Positions 1-15,000 of a stretch of DNA of 64,000 nt are shown piece by piece (position 1 is the stretch's first letter; each line of letters starts with the position of its first letter). The DNA comes from Lentisphaeria bacterium (GTDB lineage Bacteria; Verrucomicrobiota; Lentisphaeria; JABSQK01; JAWLHB01), in the NCBI GenBank assembly GCA_041690595.1, contig JAWLHB010000017.1, forward strand, positions 62,001-126,000. Direction: 5' to 3'. The position numbers were made by a program, and so were the translations under genes. The notes below the pieces were generated by a model that worked only from the letters and a program-made list of their open reading frames with translations, searched no databases and was not told where the DNA came from.

Positions 1-3000
1 GATACTCGATAATGGTCCCGCCTGGATTGGTAAGCGTATAGATCGTGCTCTCGGGACTGTAGGGACCGGTAAACCGTAGACCGCTGCTCACCAGATCACC
101 TTGATCACTGCTCACAACCAGATAGCCGGGTTCAGCCTGCAGAACGACGAGGCTCGCATAGCGCTCCCCATCCCCATTACCATTCGTCGTGTTCAGGAAG
201 CTGACCGTTGCCTGATAGCTGCCAACCGCCAGCGTCTCCGAGTTGCTGTTCAACGCGGCCGCTATCGTCACGCCTTCTCCAGGCTCAAGCGTTCCTGAAC
301 TGCTGCTCAGGCTGATCCAGTTGACATTCGGCGAAGCATTCCAGTTCACCGCCGTGCCACCGATGTTGCGAAGGTAATAGACCGCGTTGTCTGGCGCAAA
401 ATCGCCGTACCTTAACCCACTGATCTGCCACACGGCATCATTCTGCGCGTCAGTGATCTCAAGCGTACCAACATCGTCCACGACGGTCACGTCGACGGTT
501 CGGCCGGTAAGGTTGATGCCATTCTGGAAGAACGAAACCACATCCTGATGATTGCCGACAGCCAAGGTGCTGGCAGCCGCATTGAGGCGTACCGTGACCG
601 TCGCGGTGCCGGTCGGTTCGAGGGTGCCACCAACGCTTGAAAGCGAGAGCCATGCGGCGGTCGCGCCTGCACTCCATTCCAGCGAGGTGTCGCCCTCATT
701 GCTGAGAATGTAAGTTTTCTCATTGGGCGTGAAACGACGAACGGTGTCGAGCGGAGAGACGCCACTGCTGTAGCGCCAGCCGAAGCTGATCAACCCGGTT
801 GCGTCGTTCAGAATCAATCGACCGGGCAGCGAACGTTCAACGGTATAGTTGACCTCGAAAGCGGCACTGCCTTGATCATTGCTGGTATTGGTGAAGGAGA
901 TCAGGTTGCTGTAGGAACCGACCGCAAGCATGCGGGCATTGCCATTGAAGCGCACCTTGACGTCAATGCTGGCACTCGGCTCGAGTATACCGGCCGTGGC
1001 CGACAGGGTCAGCCAGTTCGCGTCGAGCGCAGCCTCCCAGGTAATCGTCGAATTACCGATATTCTGCAGCGAGTAGATATGTTCAGCCACCGGCACTTGG
1101 CCGTATTCGCCGGAAAGGACCAAGTCGCCCGACCCTTCAACAACCAGTACGCCACTCTCGTCATACGCAGTCACACTTATTTCGCGACGAACAATGCTGC
1201 TTGAGTCAGATATGAACTCGATAAAACCGGAGGTAACGCCAGCAGGCAACTTGTTCGTCTCTACGTTGAAGGTGACATAAACTTCAGCGGACGCATCGGG
1301 CTCCAATGTGCCCGTGCGACTGGAGAGGCTCACCCAGTTTGCGGTAGTAGCAGCGGTCCAGTCCAGCGCGGTAGCACCATTGTTTCTCAGCGTATAGCTC
1401 CAGACGGATGGATCGAAAGATCCGCCAATCGGACCGCTGGCCAGGAAACCCTCCTCCGGCGAGACTTCCAAGTGTCCAGGATCCCGAGGCAGGACTGTCA
1501 ACTGAATGACGCGTTGCGTATGACCGAGCCCCGTGGATGTCGTGAACGCAAGAATATCTGTATAGACCTTGGCGGTGAGCAAGCTGTTCGCAATGGAATT
1601 GATGCTCACCTGGACGATTGCTTCCGCGCCTGGCTCGAGCACACCGCGATTGCTTGAAAGGCTGTACCAGTTCTGGGCGGTTACCTTTGCGGCGGTCCAA
1701 CTCAGCGCGGTATTGCCGCCATTTCGCAAGGTGTACTGAATACTGCTGTCGGAGAAGGCACCACCAATGGGACCGAATGCTTGCAGCGGCGCTGCCCCAG
1801 TCACTTCAAGGATACCTTCCTGATCCTGAATACTGATGCTCACCTGGCGGCGCGCAACTTCCAACTGGCCAGCAAAGAAGACAAGCTGATCGGTGTGGTT
1901 ACCAATGGGAAGCGCATTGGCTGCCTTCGAGGTCACTACACTTACCGTTGTCGATGCATCCGGCTCCAAACGGCCACCCTGAGTGGAAAGAACAATGTTG
2001 GTGGTGGACTTGGTCACGCTCCAGTCGAGCGCCGCGCCACCTTCATTCGTAATCGTGTAGCTCGTCGCGCTGCTGGCAAAGGCATTGAATGGCCCGCCGG
2101 GCTTGCCGAAGTAGGAAACGGCTTCTGCCGGGCTCACAACCAGGCGACCCGGCTCGATCTCCTGTACCTTGAGCGCCCATTCACGCGTCGAATTGTTAAG
2201 GCCGCTGCCCACATTGGCGAAACGAATGACGGCAGACTGAGCGCCGACTGGCTGCAGGCGAACACTGCTGTTGAGGCGCGCCACGACAGTCACTGACGCG
2301 CTCGGTCCGAGAACACCGGTCACCGCGCTCAGACTGATCCAGTCCTTGTCCACACTCGCAGACCACTCAATAACCGTTCCGCCGGTGTTCTTCAACACGT
2401 ACTTCTGCTCTTCCGGCGTGAAGGTGCCGCCAACCACACCACTGCTGTCCACCGTCCCAACCGGACTGACGACATCCAGCACGCCTTCATCTTCAAGGAC
2501 AAGCACCTGGATGGCTCGCGTGACAAGCTGATTGTTGTCGAGCGTGAAGGTGATGACGTCGTTATACTGTCCCGGAGCAAGCAAATTCGTTTGCAGATTA
2601 GGACTGACGCGCAGGGTGGTCGTGTCATTTGGGTCCAGAGAACCGGTCGCGCTGGAAATCGATACCCAGTTTGCGGCCGTATCCGCTGTCCATGCAACGC
2701 GCGTTCCACCTGTATTCTTCAGCTCATAGGCGGCCTGCAGCGGCGTGAAAGGCCCACCTTCCCCACCACTCATGAAGTAGCCTTGCAGTGGGGTCACGGC
2801 CAGGTTACCCGGAGTGATCGGACGCACCGTCAAGTTGATCTCCCGCACCGTGGTGCCGATGCCGGTCGTGACGTTAACAAAGCTGATGACATCAACATAC
2901 GCTCCGACCGCCATGTTCTGTATAAGTTGACGCGGGACGATCACCACGGTCGCACTGGCACCAGGTACAAGACTGCCGGCGATGCTAGAAAGGCTGATCC

Positions 3001-6000
3001 AGTCAGCGCTCTTCGCCAGTGTCCAGTCAAGTGTGGTTCCGCCGATGTTCTTAAGGACATAACTTGCCGTATCCGCAACAGCACTACCGACAGTGGTCGC
3101 AAAGCTCACGGGATTCGCCGTCAGCACTTGGAGTGATCCCTGGCTGCCAATTACCGTCAATGCTACAAAACGATCCACGATGAAGCTGCCGTTCATGTAG
3201 AAGCTGATGACCTCCGTGTAGAATCCATCCGCCAACACATTGGCCTGAGTGTTGATTGAAACGTCAACGCTTGTCTCGCTGTCGTCCAAAAGTGTTCCGC
3301 CAAGGCTGCTAAGGCTGATCCAGGTAGCACCCAGAGATTCGGCTGACCAATCTACCGCAACCGCGCCCTCATTCTTTACGGTAAAGCTGGTACTGGACGG
3401 CGTGAAGGGACCACGGACCGGGCCGGAGGCGGTCAACCCAGTACTGCCACTAATTACCAGACGTCCGGGTGCCGGAGCTTCAAGATCAAGCTGTACGCCA
3501 CGGAATGTAGTGCCCTCGCCATTCGACTCATTGCGGAAGTCTATCCTGGCCAGATGCTGGCCGACGGCCAGATCCTGAACCGCCCTGTTGAAGTTGACAA
3601 CCAGCGTCACCTCGGCCAATGGCTCCAGACGACCGCTTGCGCTGCTGATCGTTATCCACTCCACATCATCCTGAACTGACCAGTCAATCGGGGTGCTGCC
3701 ATTGTTCTTGAGCGTGTAGGTGGTGGACGCAGAGGGCTGAACACCGACAATACCGGATGCTGAAAGATCAGTACCCGAGACACTGAGAGAACCTTCACTG
3801 TCGATGATCGTGATGCTCACTTCACGCTCGCCGACTACCACCCCATCAGCATGGAAGAGCACGGTGTCAGTATGCGTACCCACGCCAAGAGCGGCTGCTG
3901 CCTGGGTATGACGGACATTGATGTCAGCAACGCCATCACGCTCAAGAGTTCCGCGTGTCGCCGAAAGAAGCAGCCAGTTGGCGCTGTAGTCCGCCGACCA
4001 TGCAACCGGCAGTCCGCCCTTGTTCTCGAGCTTGTAAGCCGAGTTGTCCGCGGCAGTGAATGGTCCGCCAATACTTCCAACATAGGACACACCGCCCGCG
4101 GGCGTCACCGCCAGCTGCGCCGGCAACTGCGCCTCAATCAGCAGGTCAATCTCGCGAGTAGTCGAACCATTACCGTTCGAGCTGTTGAACGAAATGCTGC
4201 CGACATAGCTCCCCGCGGGCAAACTCCGAAGACCGTTGGTCGTGCTGACAGTGATAACCGTATCGGCGCCGGGTTCGAGATACCCATTCGTACTGGACAG
4301 CACGATCCAGGCTACGCTGCTTTCCGTCGACCACTGCAGCGCGGTGCCGCCGATATTCGTAATCGTGTACTCCTTGCGCATAACCTTCGTGCCGTCATAC
4401 TCATTCTCGACGAAACCCAGCTGCCACGCTTCCTCAGGCGTCACCGCAAGTTGCCCCTGATCGCCAAGCACGTTAACTTCGACAAAACGCTCGACAACGT
4501 CAACTCCGCCACCAACGAAGGTGATCGTTTCGCCATGGCTGCCAGCCGGCAGCCCCGTAACGCCGCTGTTCAAGGCAACCATCACCGTCGTGCTGCTTCC
4601 GGGCTCCAATGAGCCGGCCGTGCTGGATAACGACAGCCAGTTGACATTCTTGCGCGCTTCCCAGGCCAGCGTCTGGCCGCCGGCGTTGGTCAGAACGTAG
4701 CTGGCGGAATTCGGGGCGAAGAGCCCACCTTCCGCACCACGGCTGACAAAGAGAGCGTCCGGACTCACCGTCAACTTGCCCGAATTGACCGGCTTCACGA
4801 TTAGATCAACGACGCGACTGGTCGTGCCGTTGCCAGTCGTCGTGTTGCTGAAGGTGATCAGCGCGGTATAGGCGCCAGGCAGCAAAACCTCCGCCTGACG
4901 ATTGAGCATGATTTGCACGTCGGCGGTCTCACCTACTTCAAGGCGGCCCTGCTGGCTCGAAAGGCTGAACCACGTCGCATTGCTATCGGCGGTCCAGGCA
5001 AGGGATGTGCCACCAACATTCTGAAGGCTGTAAACGTCACCAGGACTGAAGACAAATTCACCGTTCTCGGGCCCAGTCACCTTGACATGATCGAGCGGAG
5101 TCACCGCCAACTCGCCGGTTCCCCCCGCAACAGTCAGATTGACCTGACGGGTTGCCATCTGCACGCCCGACGCATAGAAGGTAACCGTGTCACTGTAGGT
5201 ACCCGGACCGAAACTGGTTGCCAACGAAGCGATGCTAACCGCCACACTGGTATTGGCACCCGGCTCCAGTTTGCCCGTCTCACTCGACAGATTCACCCAC
5301 GCGGCAGTCTTCGAGGCGGACCACTCTACACTGAGCCGGTCTTCTGTCTGGTTGGTCAATTCGAAGATTTCCGTCGCAGGCTTGAAGGGACCACCCTCGG
5401 GCCCAAACGACGAGAACGCAGTCGCAGGACTTACCACCAGCATCCCGGGATTCGCGGGGCGAACGATAAGATTGGCCTCCACGATAGTGCTGCCAAGCCC
5501 ATTCAGCATGTTGGTTAATGTGATTGACGCAACATACGCTCCAGGTGAAAGGAACTTCGCTTGGGAGTTAACGAGTATATCGAGTTCCGTGCTGTTCGTC
5601 GGCTCCAGGGTACCTGCCGTGCTCGACAGCGTCAACCAGGTCGCATCTGTCGTGGCGGTCCATCCGATAGCCTCACCGCCAATGTTGGTCAGGATAGCCA
5701 GGACGGTGGCAGGTGTCCAGTCGCCACCTTCCATGCCCGAGAAGGAAATCGACTCGAGGAGATCATCCGCGCCATCCTTCACTTCCAGTTCACCCTGGTT
5801 GCTGACGACGAGGAGAGTGGCTGGCCGAGTTTCCGTGGTGGTAAACTCATCGCGGAAAACAATCGTCTCCTGATAGCTGCCGGCAACCTTCGTCGTGGCT
5901 TCATCGGTAAGGGTGACGAAGACGGTAACCGCCGCGCCAGCTTCCAGTGTACCGCTGTAACTCGTCAGCGACATCCAGTCGGCACTCTCTGAGGCAGACC

Positions 6001-9000
6001 AGTTGATCGGCGACTTGCCCGCGTTTTCCAGGACATAGCTGGTTGAAGGATTGTTGAAAGGACCACCCACCGGACCGGTTGCCACAAAACCACTGGCAGG
6101 CCCCACCACCAGGCGGCCCGGATTCAGCGGATCGACGAGCAGGTCAACTACGCGTACCGTGTTGCCATTCTGATTGGTGGCATTACCGAAAAGAACCAGA
6201 TCACTGTAGGCCCCGGCCGTTAGACTCTTTGCGTCATTGTTGATTCGAACCTTGATCGTGGTTTCCGCGTTCGGTTCGAGCACACCACGGGTGCTGGACA
6301 AGGTCAGCCAGCTGCTGCTATTCTCGGCCGTCCATTCCAAACTCTTTCCGCCGGCATTCTTCAGCGTGTATTCTTCGATCGTCTGCGTGAAGGGACCACC
6401 GACGCTGCCGAATGCACTAAGCCGGATCGGAGCCGCCGGCGATACTTCCAGTATGCCCTCATCCCCAAGAACGCTGAGCGAGATAAAACGCGAGTCGACA
6501 AAAACGCCGTTCGTGAAAAACCTGACATTGTCTTCGTAGAGACCGGCAACCTGCGTGTTCGCGATTGCATTGAAGCTGACAACCACGCTCACTTCACCGC
6601 TGGGTTCGAGGACACCCGAAGAGCTGGAAAGGCTCATCCACCCGGCGTTCTTGGAAGCGCTCCAGGAAATGGTCTCGCCACCAGTATTCGTCAGCAGATA
6701 GCTCTTGTTGGTCGGCTGGAATGATCCGCCGCTTCCGCCAACACCGGTCAGACCATCCTCCGGCGTAATCTTCAGATTACCAACAGCTACGGGTTGCACG
6801 ATGACATTCGCGGTACGAACCGCATCCCCGGCCTGATTGGTCTTGTTCACGAACGTTATTGTCGCCGGATAGCTGCCGACAGCAAGCTCATTGACAAGAC
6901 GATTGACCACAAGCATGACATCCGTCGAATGATTCGGCAAAAGGGTTCCGGATGTGCTGGTCAGGCTTGCCCACTGCACGCCGGCTATGCTCAGGGCAGC
7001 GGACCAGTCGAGCGGCGTACCGCCTGCATTCTTCAAGGTGTAAAGAATTTGACGTTCGGGAAGCACAACGTCCGTGCCGTAAGCGACATTGAAGGTATTG
7101 ACCAGCGGTTCACTAACGCTCAGGAAAGCCTGCTCGGCAAGTACGGTCAGACTGACGCCGCGACTGTCATGGAAGATACCGTCGGCGAGGAACCGCACCT
7201 CCCCAGTATGCACTCCGGCGGTTTCCAGATTGGCAAGGTTGTTGACAAAGAGGGTAATGGTTACGGCGCCATTTGGCTCGATGGAGCCGGCTGTGCTCGA
7301 GATGGATACCCAAGCCGGATAGGTTGCCGGTATGCTCCACTGAAGAGTAGCACCGCCAACGTTCTCCAGAACGTAGCTTGCGCGCAAATTAACGAATGGA
7401 CCACCCGCCGGTCCCGACGCGGCAAGGCCCGCTTCTTCCGTGATCCGCAGCTGTCCCGGCTGTGCCGGCTCAATGATCAGTTCGACGGAGCGATTGGTAT
7501 CGCCATTCTGATTGGTCAGATTCGCGAACTGAATCAAACCGCTATAGGTGCCAACCTGAAGCTGATCGGCAACACTGTTGAAGCGAGCGTCGACTGTCGT
7601 ACTGCGCCCGGCCTGCAGAACACCGCGATTACTGGTCAACGTCATCCAGTTGGAATTGATCGCCGCACTCCACTCGATCGGTGTTCCGCCAGAGTTTCGC
7701 AATGTGTAGCTCACAGACCCCTGCGGCGACCAATCATTGTCAAAGCCAAACTGCCCAGTCGCAGTAAAGCTTTCCGCGGGTGTCACCGTAAGATGACCGA
7801 CACCGTCGGTGATGGTAAGCTCGATGAACCGCGCGTGTACTTCGACACCCCCAACCAGAACGGAAAGTCTGCCTGTGTACAAGCCAGCCGGAAGCTGATA
7901 TGCCTCGCTGTTGAGGCTGATCGTGACCGTGGCGCTGCCTTTCTCCGTCAGCGTACCAGAGCGACTCGAAAGTGTCACCCAGGATTGGTCAACGACCGCG
8001 TTCCAGGAAACCAGATCATCGCCGGAATTCTCGAGCTTGTAGCTGGTCGATTTTACGCCAAAAGGTCCGTTGACAGGGCCAAAGGCAATGAAGCCGTCGG
8101 CGGGGCTCATCACGACCTCGCCCGGATCCAAAGGCTTGACAATCAGGTCGACGACACGGCTCGTATCGCCATTGCCGGTTGTCATGTTGGTGAAATCGAT
8201 TCTGGCCGTATAGACGCCCGGCAGCAGCTTACGCGCTTCAACCTGGTCCACCTGCACCTTGACTTCTGCCTGCCCAAGCACGCTGAGTTGACCACTGACG
8301 CTGGATAGGCTCAACCATGCGGCGTCAGTTGTGGCGCTCCATCCGAAGTCAGTGCCACCAGCATTGGTGATACTATAGCTGGAGCCACTTTCGCCTACGA
8401 AGGAGAATGGCCCGCCATGCTTGCCATCCACCTGAAGATTCGTCGTCGGGTTGACGGTCAGCAAGCCAATGGTATCCGTGACGATCAGATAAACAAAGCG
8501 GACCTCAACCTGACGGCCATCGACGCTGAAGGCGAGTGTGGTTGCATAAGTCCCCGCAGCAAAGTCCTTCGCTTCGTCGGCAATCTGTACGGTCAGCGAG
8601 ATACCGCCGGCATTGGGGAAGAGCGTTCCCGTGGTGCTGGAAAGCGAAACCCAGGATGCACCGGATTCTACGCTCCAGCGCACAGGCAGACCGCCGCGAT
8701 TGTTGAGCTCATACCGATTCAGTGTCGCGGCGAAGGGACCATTCACCTTACCCGCGAAGGTGACAGCCGCCTGCGGATTGATCGTCAGATCACCAGGATC
8801 AGAGGGCTGCACCAGCAGATTCACGGCCCTGGTCGCACTGCCAACGCCATTCGACGAATTGGCGAAATTGATGAACGAGCCGTAGCTGCCCGGAGCCAGG
8901 GCATAGGCTTCGCCGTTGAGGCGGGCACGCACCACGACTTCAGCGCCTGACTCAAGAATGCCTGCGCCATTGTTGAGAGTAACCCAGAGAGCATTGACCT

Positions 9001-12000
9001 CGGCGGTCCATGCCAGCGGGCTGCCACCCTCGTTCTTCAGCGTGTAGTCGATGAACTTATCATCACTGACGCTCGAATCGGTGTCAAGGATAGCGCCGAC
9101 AAAATCGGTTTCGGGGGTTACGCTGAGCCTCGGTTCTTCGTCACGAACGGAAAGGGAGATTCCCCGCGAATCGACTGGCACACCACCGATAAGGAAAGTC
9201 ACTTCATTAGTGTACAGGCCAACTCCGAAACTGTTTGCAACTGCGTTAATCTGCAGCGTCACGGTTGCGATGCCAAGAGGCTCGAGTACGCCGGCGCTGC
9301 TGGAGAGGGAAATCCAAGATGCATCATCAAGAACGGCTGCCCACGATATAGCGGTATCGCCAATGTTCTTCAAGGTCAGCTCCAGCTCAGGTGGATTGAA
9401 CGAACCGCCAACTCCACCCATCGACACAAGCCCACCCGCCGGAAGCACCTCAAGCTCGCCAGGCACACGCTGCTCGATGGAAACGTTGACAAAGCGCTCA
9501 ACCGAGGCGCTGTTCGTCAGGTCATTGAAACGAATCGTGTCGGCGTAATTGCCGGGCAGCTGATCATTCGCCTCGCGCCTCACGGCTACAGTGACGGTGG
9601 CGGTGCCATTGGGCTCCAGCATGCCAGCGGTGGAAGAAAGTCCCACGAGAGAACCGTTGTCGAGAGTTGCCGCCCAGAGCAGCCGCGCGCCACCGCTGTT
9701 CGTCAAAACATAAGCTTTGGAAGGAGGCGTTATTGGTCCGCCATATGGGCCGTTCGCAATAAAGGCCAGATCGTCGGAAACCTCAAGCGTCCCCGGTTCA
9801 TCGCGGACCACCAGCGAAATGTTTCGTGCGCCAAGAAGAATGCCGGCCGCCCGGAATTCCAACGTGAACTCATACGTGCCCGCCGCCAGGTTCCTGGCCA
9901 GTGTGCTGAGAGAAACGGTAACCGTGGCAGACGCATCGGAGGTCAACGTACCGCCCGTGCTGGACAGGCTGACCCAAGCCGGCGCCGCAGCCTGGTTAAC
10001 CGACCAGGTGATCGGCGTAGCGCCTTCGTTCATGATCAGGTAGCTGAGGCTGTCGGACTCGAAGGGTCCGCCAACAGAACCGCTACTGGCAAGCCCCCCC
10101 TCCGGCGTGATCCGCAAGTCACCCGGGACTTTCGGATTCACGAGCAGAGAGATTGGAATCAGCCTGAAATTCTCGGGTGTTGTCAGATTGCTGATTCGCA
10201 GGGTCCCCTCGTAGGATCCCGCCGGCAAGGTCTTGGCACCGTTGTTGAGAACCACAACAAGCGTGAGTTCGGCGCCAGATTCGAGCATGCCACCAGAGGT
10301 CGTGAGGCTGACCCAAGGAACCGACACCGTAGCTTCCCAGTTGACGGCGCCATAACCCACATTCTTCACGTTGTAGCTCTTCGACGCGGGCGTCCAGTCC
10401 GAACCAAACTCCGTCCCGGAAACGATCCATTCATCATCCGGACTGACGGCAAGAGTTCCAGACCCTTCCCTGACGACGAGGGAGACCGGACGTGAAGTGA
10501 TGTCAATACCATTCGAACTGAAAATCAGCGTGTCGACGTAGTCACCAACATCGAGCTTATGCGCTTCGCTGTTCAGAGAGACCAGAATGGAGTAGGTTTC
10601 ACTTCCCTCCAGGGAACCGGCGACGCTGCTGACGCTGACCCAGTTGGAATTGTTCTCCAGACGAGCAGCCCACTGGATGGTCGTATCGCCTGCATTGGTC
10701 AACCCATATTCCCACGGCACTGAGGCAGGAAACGGTCCCCACTTCGGCCCGATAGCCATCATGCCGATATTGGGAGTTACCTGCAACTGCCCCTGGATGA
10801 CGGGATGAACAACAAGAGCTGCCTGACGATTGGTGTCGCCGCTGCCATTGGTTGCATTGGCGAAGCTGATCAGTGCCTCGTATGCACCAATACCAAGCTT
10901 GCGCGCCTGGTCAGTGAGTTGAACGCGCACGGCAACGCTGTTGGTCGGCTGCAGCGATCCGGAAATGCTGGACAGCGAAAGCCAAGTCGCATTGACGTAA
11001 GCAGTCCAGTCGATTGCCGTCCCACCGCTGTTGTACAACGTATAGGTCTTGGACGTCACATCAAAGGGTCCAGCAAGCGGTCCCTGACTGGCAAAGTCTT
11101 CCACTGTCGGCACATCTGTAATCACGACGAGGGTGCCTGGCAAATCAGTGACGGTGAGGGTGGCAGTACGCGTCGTCAGCAGAATGCCATTTACGTAAAC
11201 CAAAACAGTGTCGTTATAGCTGCCAGGAAGAAGTTTGGAGGCTTTGGCATTGACAAAGAGCGTGAGGGATGCAGTGCCCTTTCCTGCGATGGTTCCACCA
11301 TGACTGCTGATGCTGAACCATTCCGCGCTCTTTACCACCGACCAACTAACCGGGAGATCGCCGTTATTGGTCAGTAGGTATTCCGCGCGATCCGGAGTGA
11401 ACAAACCGCCGACGGCGCCACTGCTGACCAGTCCAGCATCGTTGTCAATCGAAATATCGCCTTCGGCGCGCGGCATGATGGTCAGCCCAACTGGCACCTC
11501 TATCGGATCCTGCGTATAGGCGCGGGCGCCATATCCATCGATATTGTAGATGGTGATCAGATCCGCATAGCTGCCGGGTTCAAGCAGGCGGGAATTGGCA
11601 TCACTGAGGCGAAGCCCGATGCTCACGCTGCTGTCAGGGAGCAAGTAGCCACCACTGCTGGAGATGCTCAACCAGCTCCGGTTGTGACCGGCTGACCAGT
11701 TCAGCGGAGCCTGTCCGACATTGCGAAGAACCAGAACAACACCTTGATCCGAGAAAGGTCCTCGGACGAATGCGGAAGTCTCCCATGAGGCAACTCCAGC
11801 TTCGAGATCAAGTTCGATCGATCCAATAGTTTCCGTGACATCGAGCGTAACCACACGTTCAGCAACAACGACACCCGCGGAATAGAAGCGGATTATTTCC
11901 TGCTGGACGCCGACCGGCTCGTCCCTGACGCCTGAATTGATCTGAATGCCCACAGTAGCACTCGAATCGCCGGCGAGACTGCCCGCGGTTGCGGAGAGGC

Positions 12001-15000
12001 TCAACCAGTCGCGGCTGTTTGCCAGTTCGACGGACCAGTCAGTGGCAATCTGCCCCGCATTCGTAATGGTATAGGCATCGAGGCTGGGCTGAGGTATTGT
12101 GACCGAGTTTATATCCTTGATGACGTGAACACCAGACTCCGGCGTGACCGTGAGGAGAGCCGGAGTACGCTCGTTGACGATCAGGGCAACCGGAAGACTG
12201 GTATTCCCATTCCCGGTGGAAGCATTGGCGAAGAAGACCGAGCCGGCATAACTGCCGGTGGCTTTCAATCGTGCCTGCAGGTTGACACTGGCAATGAAGA
12301 CGACGCTTTCGCCCGGCTCCAGACGACCCGAAGTGCTTGAGAGCGTGAGCCAGTCAACGTCGGTTTCCGCCGTCCAATCCAAGCCTTCATTGCCAGCATT
12401 CGTGAGCGTGTAGGCATTGGCGCGCGGACTGAACTCAGTCAACGGTTGACCGACATATCCCTGTACGTCAAAAGGTGACAGAACCGCCGAAACCGTAAGC
12501 AGACTTGGATTCTGCGCCACCGTCAGGTTGATATAGCGGGTTCCAACCAGAATACCGCGAGCGTAGAAGTCCAGTTGAGTGGCGTACGAACCAGGAATGA
12601 GTGCATTTGCCGCACTGTTGAAACTGGCACGAATGTCGACGCTGACATCGGCAGCAAGAATGCCCGCGGAATTGCTGAGATTCAGCCACGGCACATTATT
12701 CGGATCGGCCACGGACCAGGAAGCATCAGAGTCACCGCTGTTCAGCAGCGTGTATGTTGCGGACGGAGGTGTGAATGGCCCGCCCTTGCTGCCGATCGAG
12801 AGCAGATTATCCCCATCCGAAAGTACAACTTGCGCCGCACTTTCAGCGCTGACTATGAGCTGCACGCTACGCTCAGTGCGTCCGTTATCCCCGGTGGCGT
12901 TGAAGCCCAGCGTGATGGCGTATGTGCCCGGAGCGAATGTACGAGTGATCGTGGGAATGATTCGAACTTCGACGGACGTCGTCTGTCCTGGCAGCAGCGA
13001 ACCGCCAGTGCTGGAGATTCCCAACCAATTGGCGCTTCCTTGGATTGACCATTCCAATGGCAAACCGCCATTGTTCGTCAGTTCGTAACTCTTGGACAAG
13101 GTTTCTGGATTCTCGCCGGCAACAGCTGACGAAACAAAGTTATCAGCGGGACTGACAAAGAGCTGGGCGCTGTCACTGCGAACGTTCAGGCTGACCGCGC
13201 GAATTGCAACCAATCTGCCATTTTCGTAGAAGATGATGGAACCTGAATAGAAACCTTCCGACAGGGCGTTGGCGCTGCTGTTGATGCTGTAGTCAATGGC
13301 AATGCTCTGCTGCCCGTTGAGCACACCGGAACGAATCGACGGACTGAGCCAGGCAGCGTTGACGACTGCCGCAGACCAGGCAACCTGCAACTGGCCGCTG
13401 TTCGACAGCGTGTAGGAAGTCGCCGTGGGTGCGAAGCCACCGCCAACTTCGCCAACCGCGGCGAAGTCAAGATTCGGGTTGATGTTCAGCAAGCCGCGTA
13501 CTTCGGAGGTGACCGCGAGGGTGACAACCCGCGTTTGGGAGACGGCGTTTACTGTATTGGTGAAGGTAATAAGGTCGGTGTAGATCCCAGGGGCGAGTGC
13601 ACGAGTATTGTCTGGCGAAATGCTGACAGCCACGGATGCCTTTCCTGACGCTTCCAGTTCACCCTGAGTGCTGCTCAGTTGTACCCATGTTCCCTTCTCC
13701 AGCGAAGCAATCCAAGGCAGTTCAGTCCCGCCCGTATTCTCCAGCTGATAGACAGCAGTTCTGTTTGGCGTAATAACAGCGGACCGCTCCACCGTGAACG
13801 CGTCAAAATCCGAACCAACAACCACAAGAACGGGAGGATTGGGATGAATAACGAGTGTAACGAATCGATCTGCGATGGCAACGCCGTCGCTATAGAATCT
13901 CAGTGTGACGCTGTAGGTACCGGGAGCCATCGACTTCACTGCCGAATTCACTTCGACAGGCACAAGAGCCGTCGGGATAGTTGGCGTCATATCGAGATTC
14001 GCGAGGTCTCGTGCTTCCAAACTTCCGCTCACACTGGGAAGCGAAAGCCAAGGAGCGCTGCCTATCTTTTCTACAGCCCAGGTGAGGGCGCTGCCGCCGA
14101 TATTGGTCAGCGTCATGTACTGCGAATTGGCAACGGGCATCGCATACTGCATCGATTCAACATGAATGCCATCGGTGGGCTGCACATCGAGACGCCCAGG
14201 TGCGTCTTCAACCAACGTAAAATCAATGGGTCGGGTCGTATTGCCGAGCCCATTGGTAAGATTGGTGATCGTCAGAACAGCGTGATATTCGCCGGGATTC
14301 AATACTCCGGCACGATCATTGAGAAAGACAGTAAATGTCGCATCGTTGATAGGATCCAACCGTCCCCCGTTGCTCGTCAAGCTCAACCAGTCAACGTTGA
14401 CCGTTGCCTGCCAATCGAGGGCCGCGGCGCCTACGTTTCGAACGGTGTAAGTCTTCCCAGTGTTTAGCGGAGCACTCATGCCTTCCAGGGGAGTAACTTC
14501 GATCTCCGCCGGCAGGTCGATGACGGTCAGATCAATGAAGCGGCTGACAACGGCGCGATCGTTGGCATAGAAGGTCAGCGTCGCTACCTGCTGGGACGCG
14601 GGCAAAGCTTCAGCCAGAGTATTGATCGACGCGGTAAGAGTGACTGCATCACCAGCAACCAGGGTACCGCCTGTGCTGGACAGGCTGATCCAGCTCTGAT
14701 TGGACTCGACTCGCCAGGTAAAGGTACTGGTGCCTGCGTTGGCGATGATGAATGAACCGGTGGCAGGGGAAAAGGGGCCGCCGATGGGCCCAAGGCTGGA
14801 GAAGCCACCAGCCGAGACCACCATCTGGCCAGGCAGGCCAGGAGTTATTGTCAGATTGACGAAGCGATCAACGGGCCCCTGTGCGGTGGTGAGATTCACG
14901 AAGCGAATGGTATCGCTGTAGGCACCTTCCGGCAACCCGTTAGCGGTGCGGTTCAGACTTACCGTTACGGTGGCGCTTGCCTGAGGCTCAAGGACGCCAG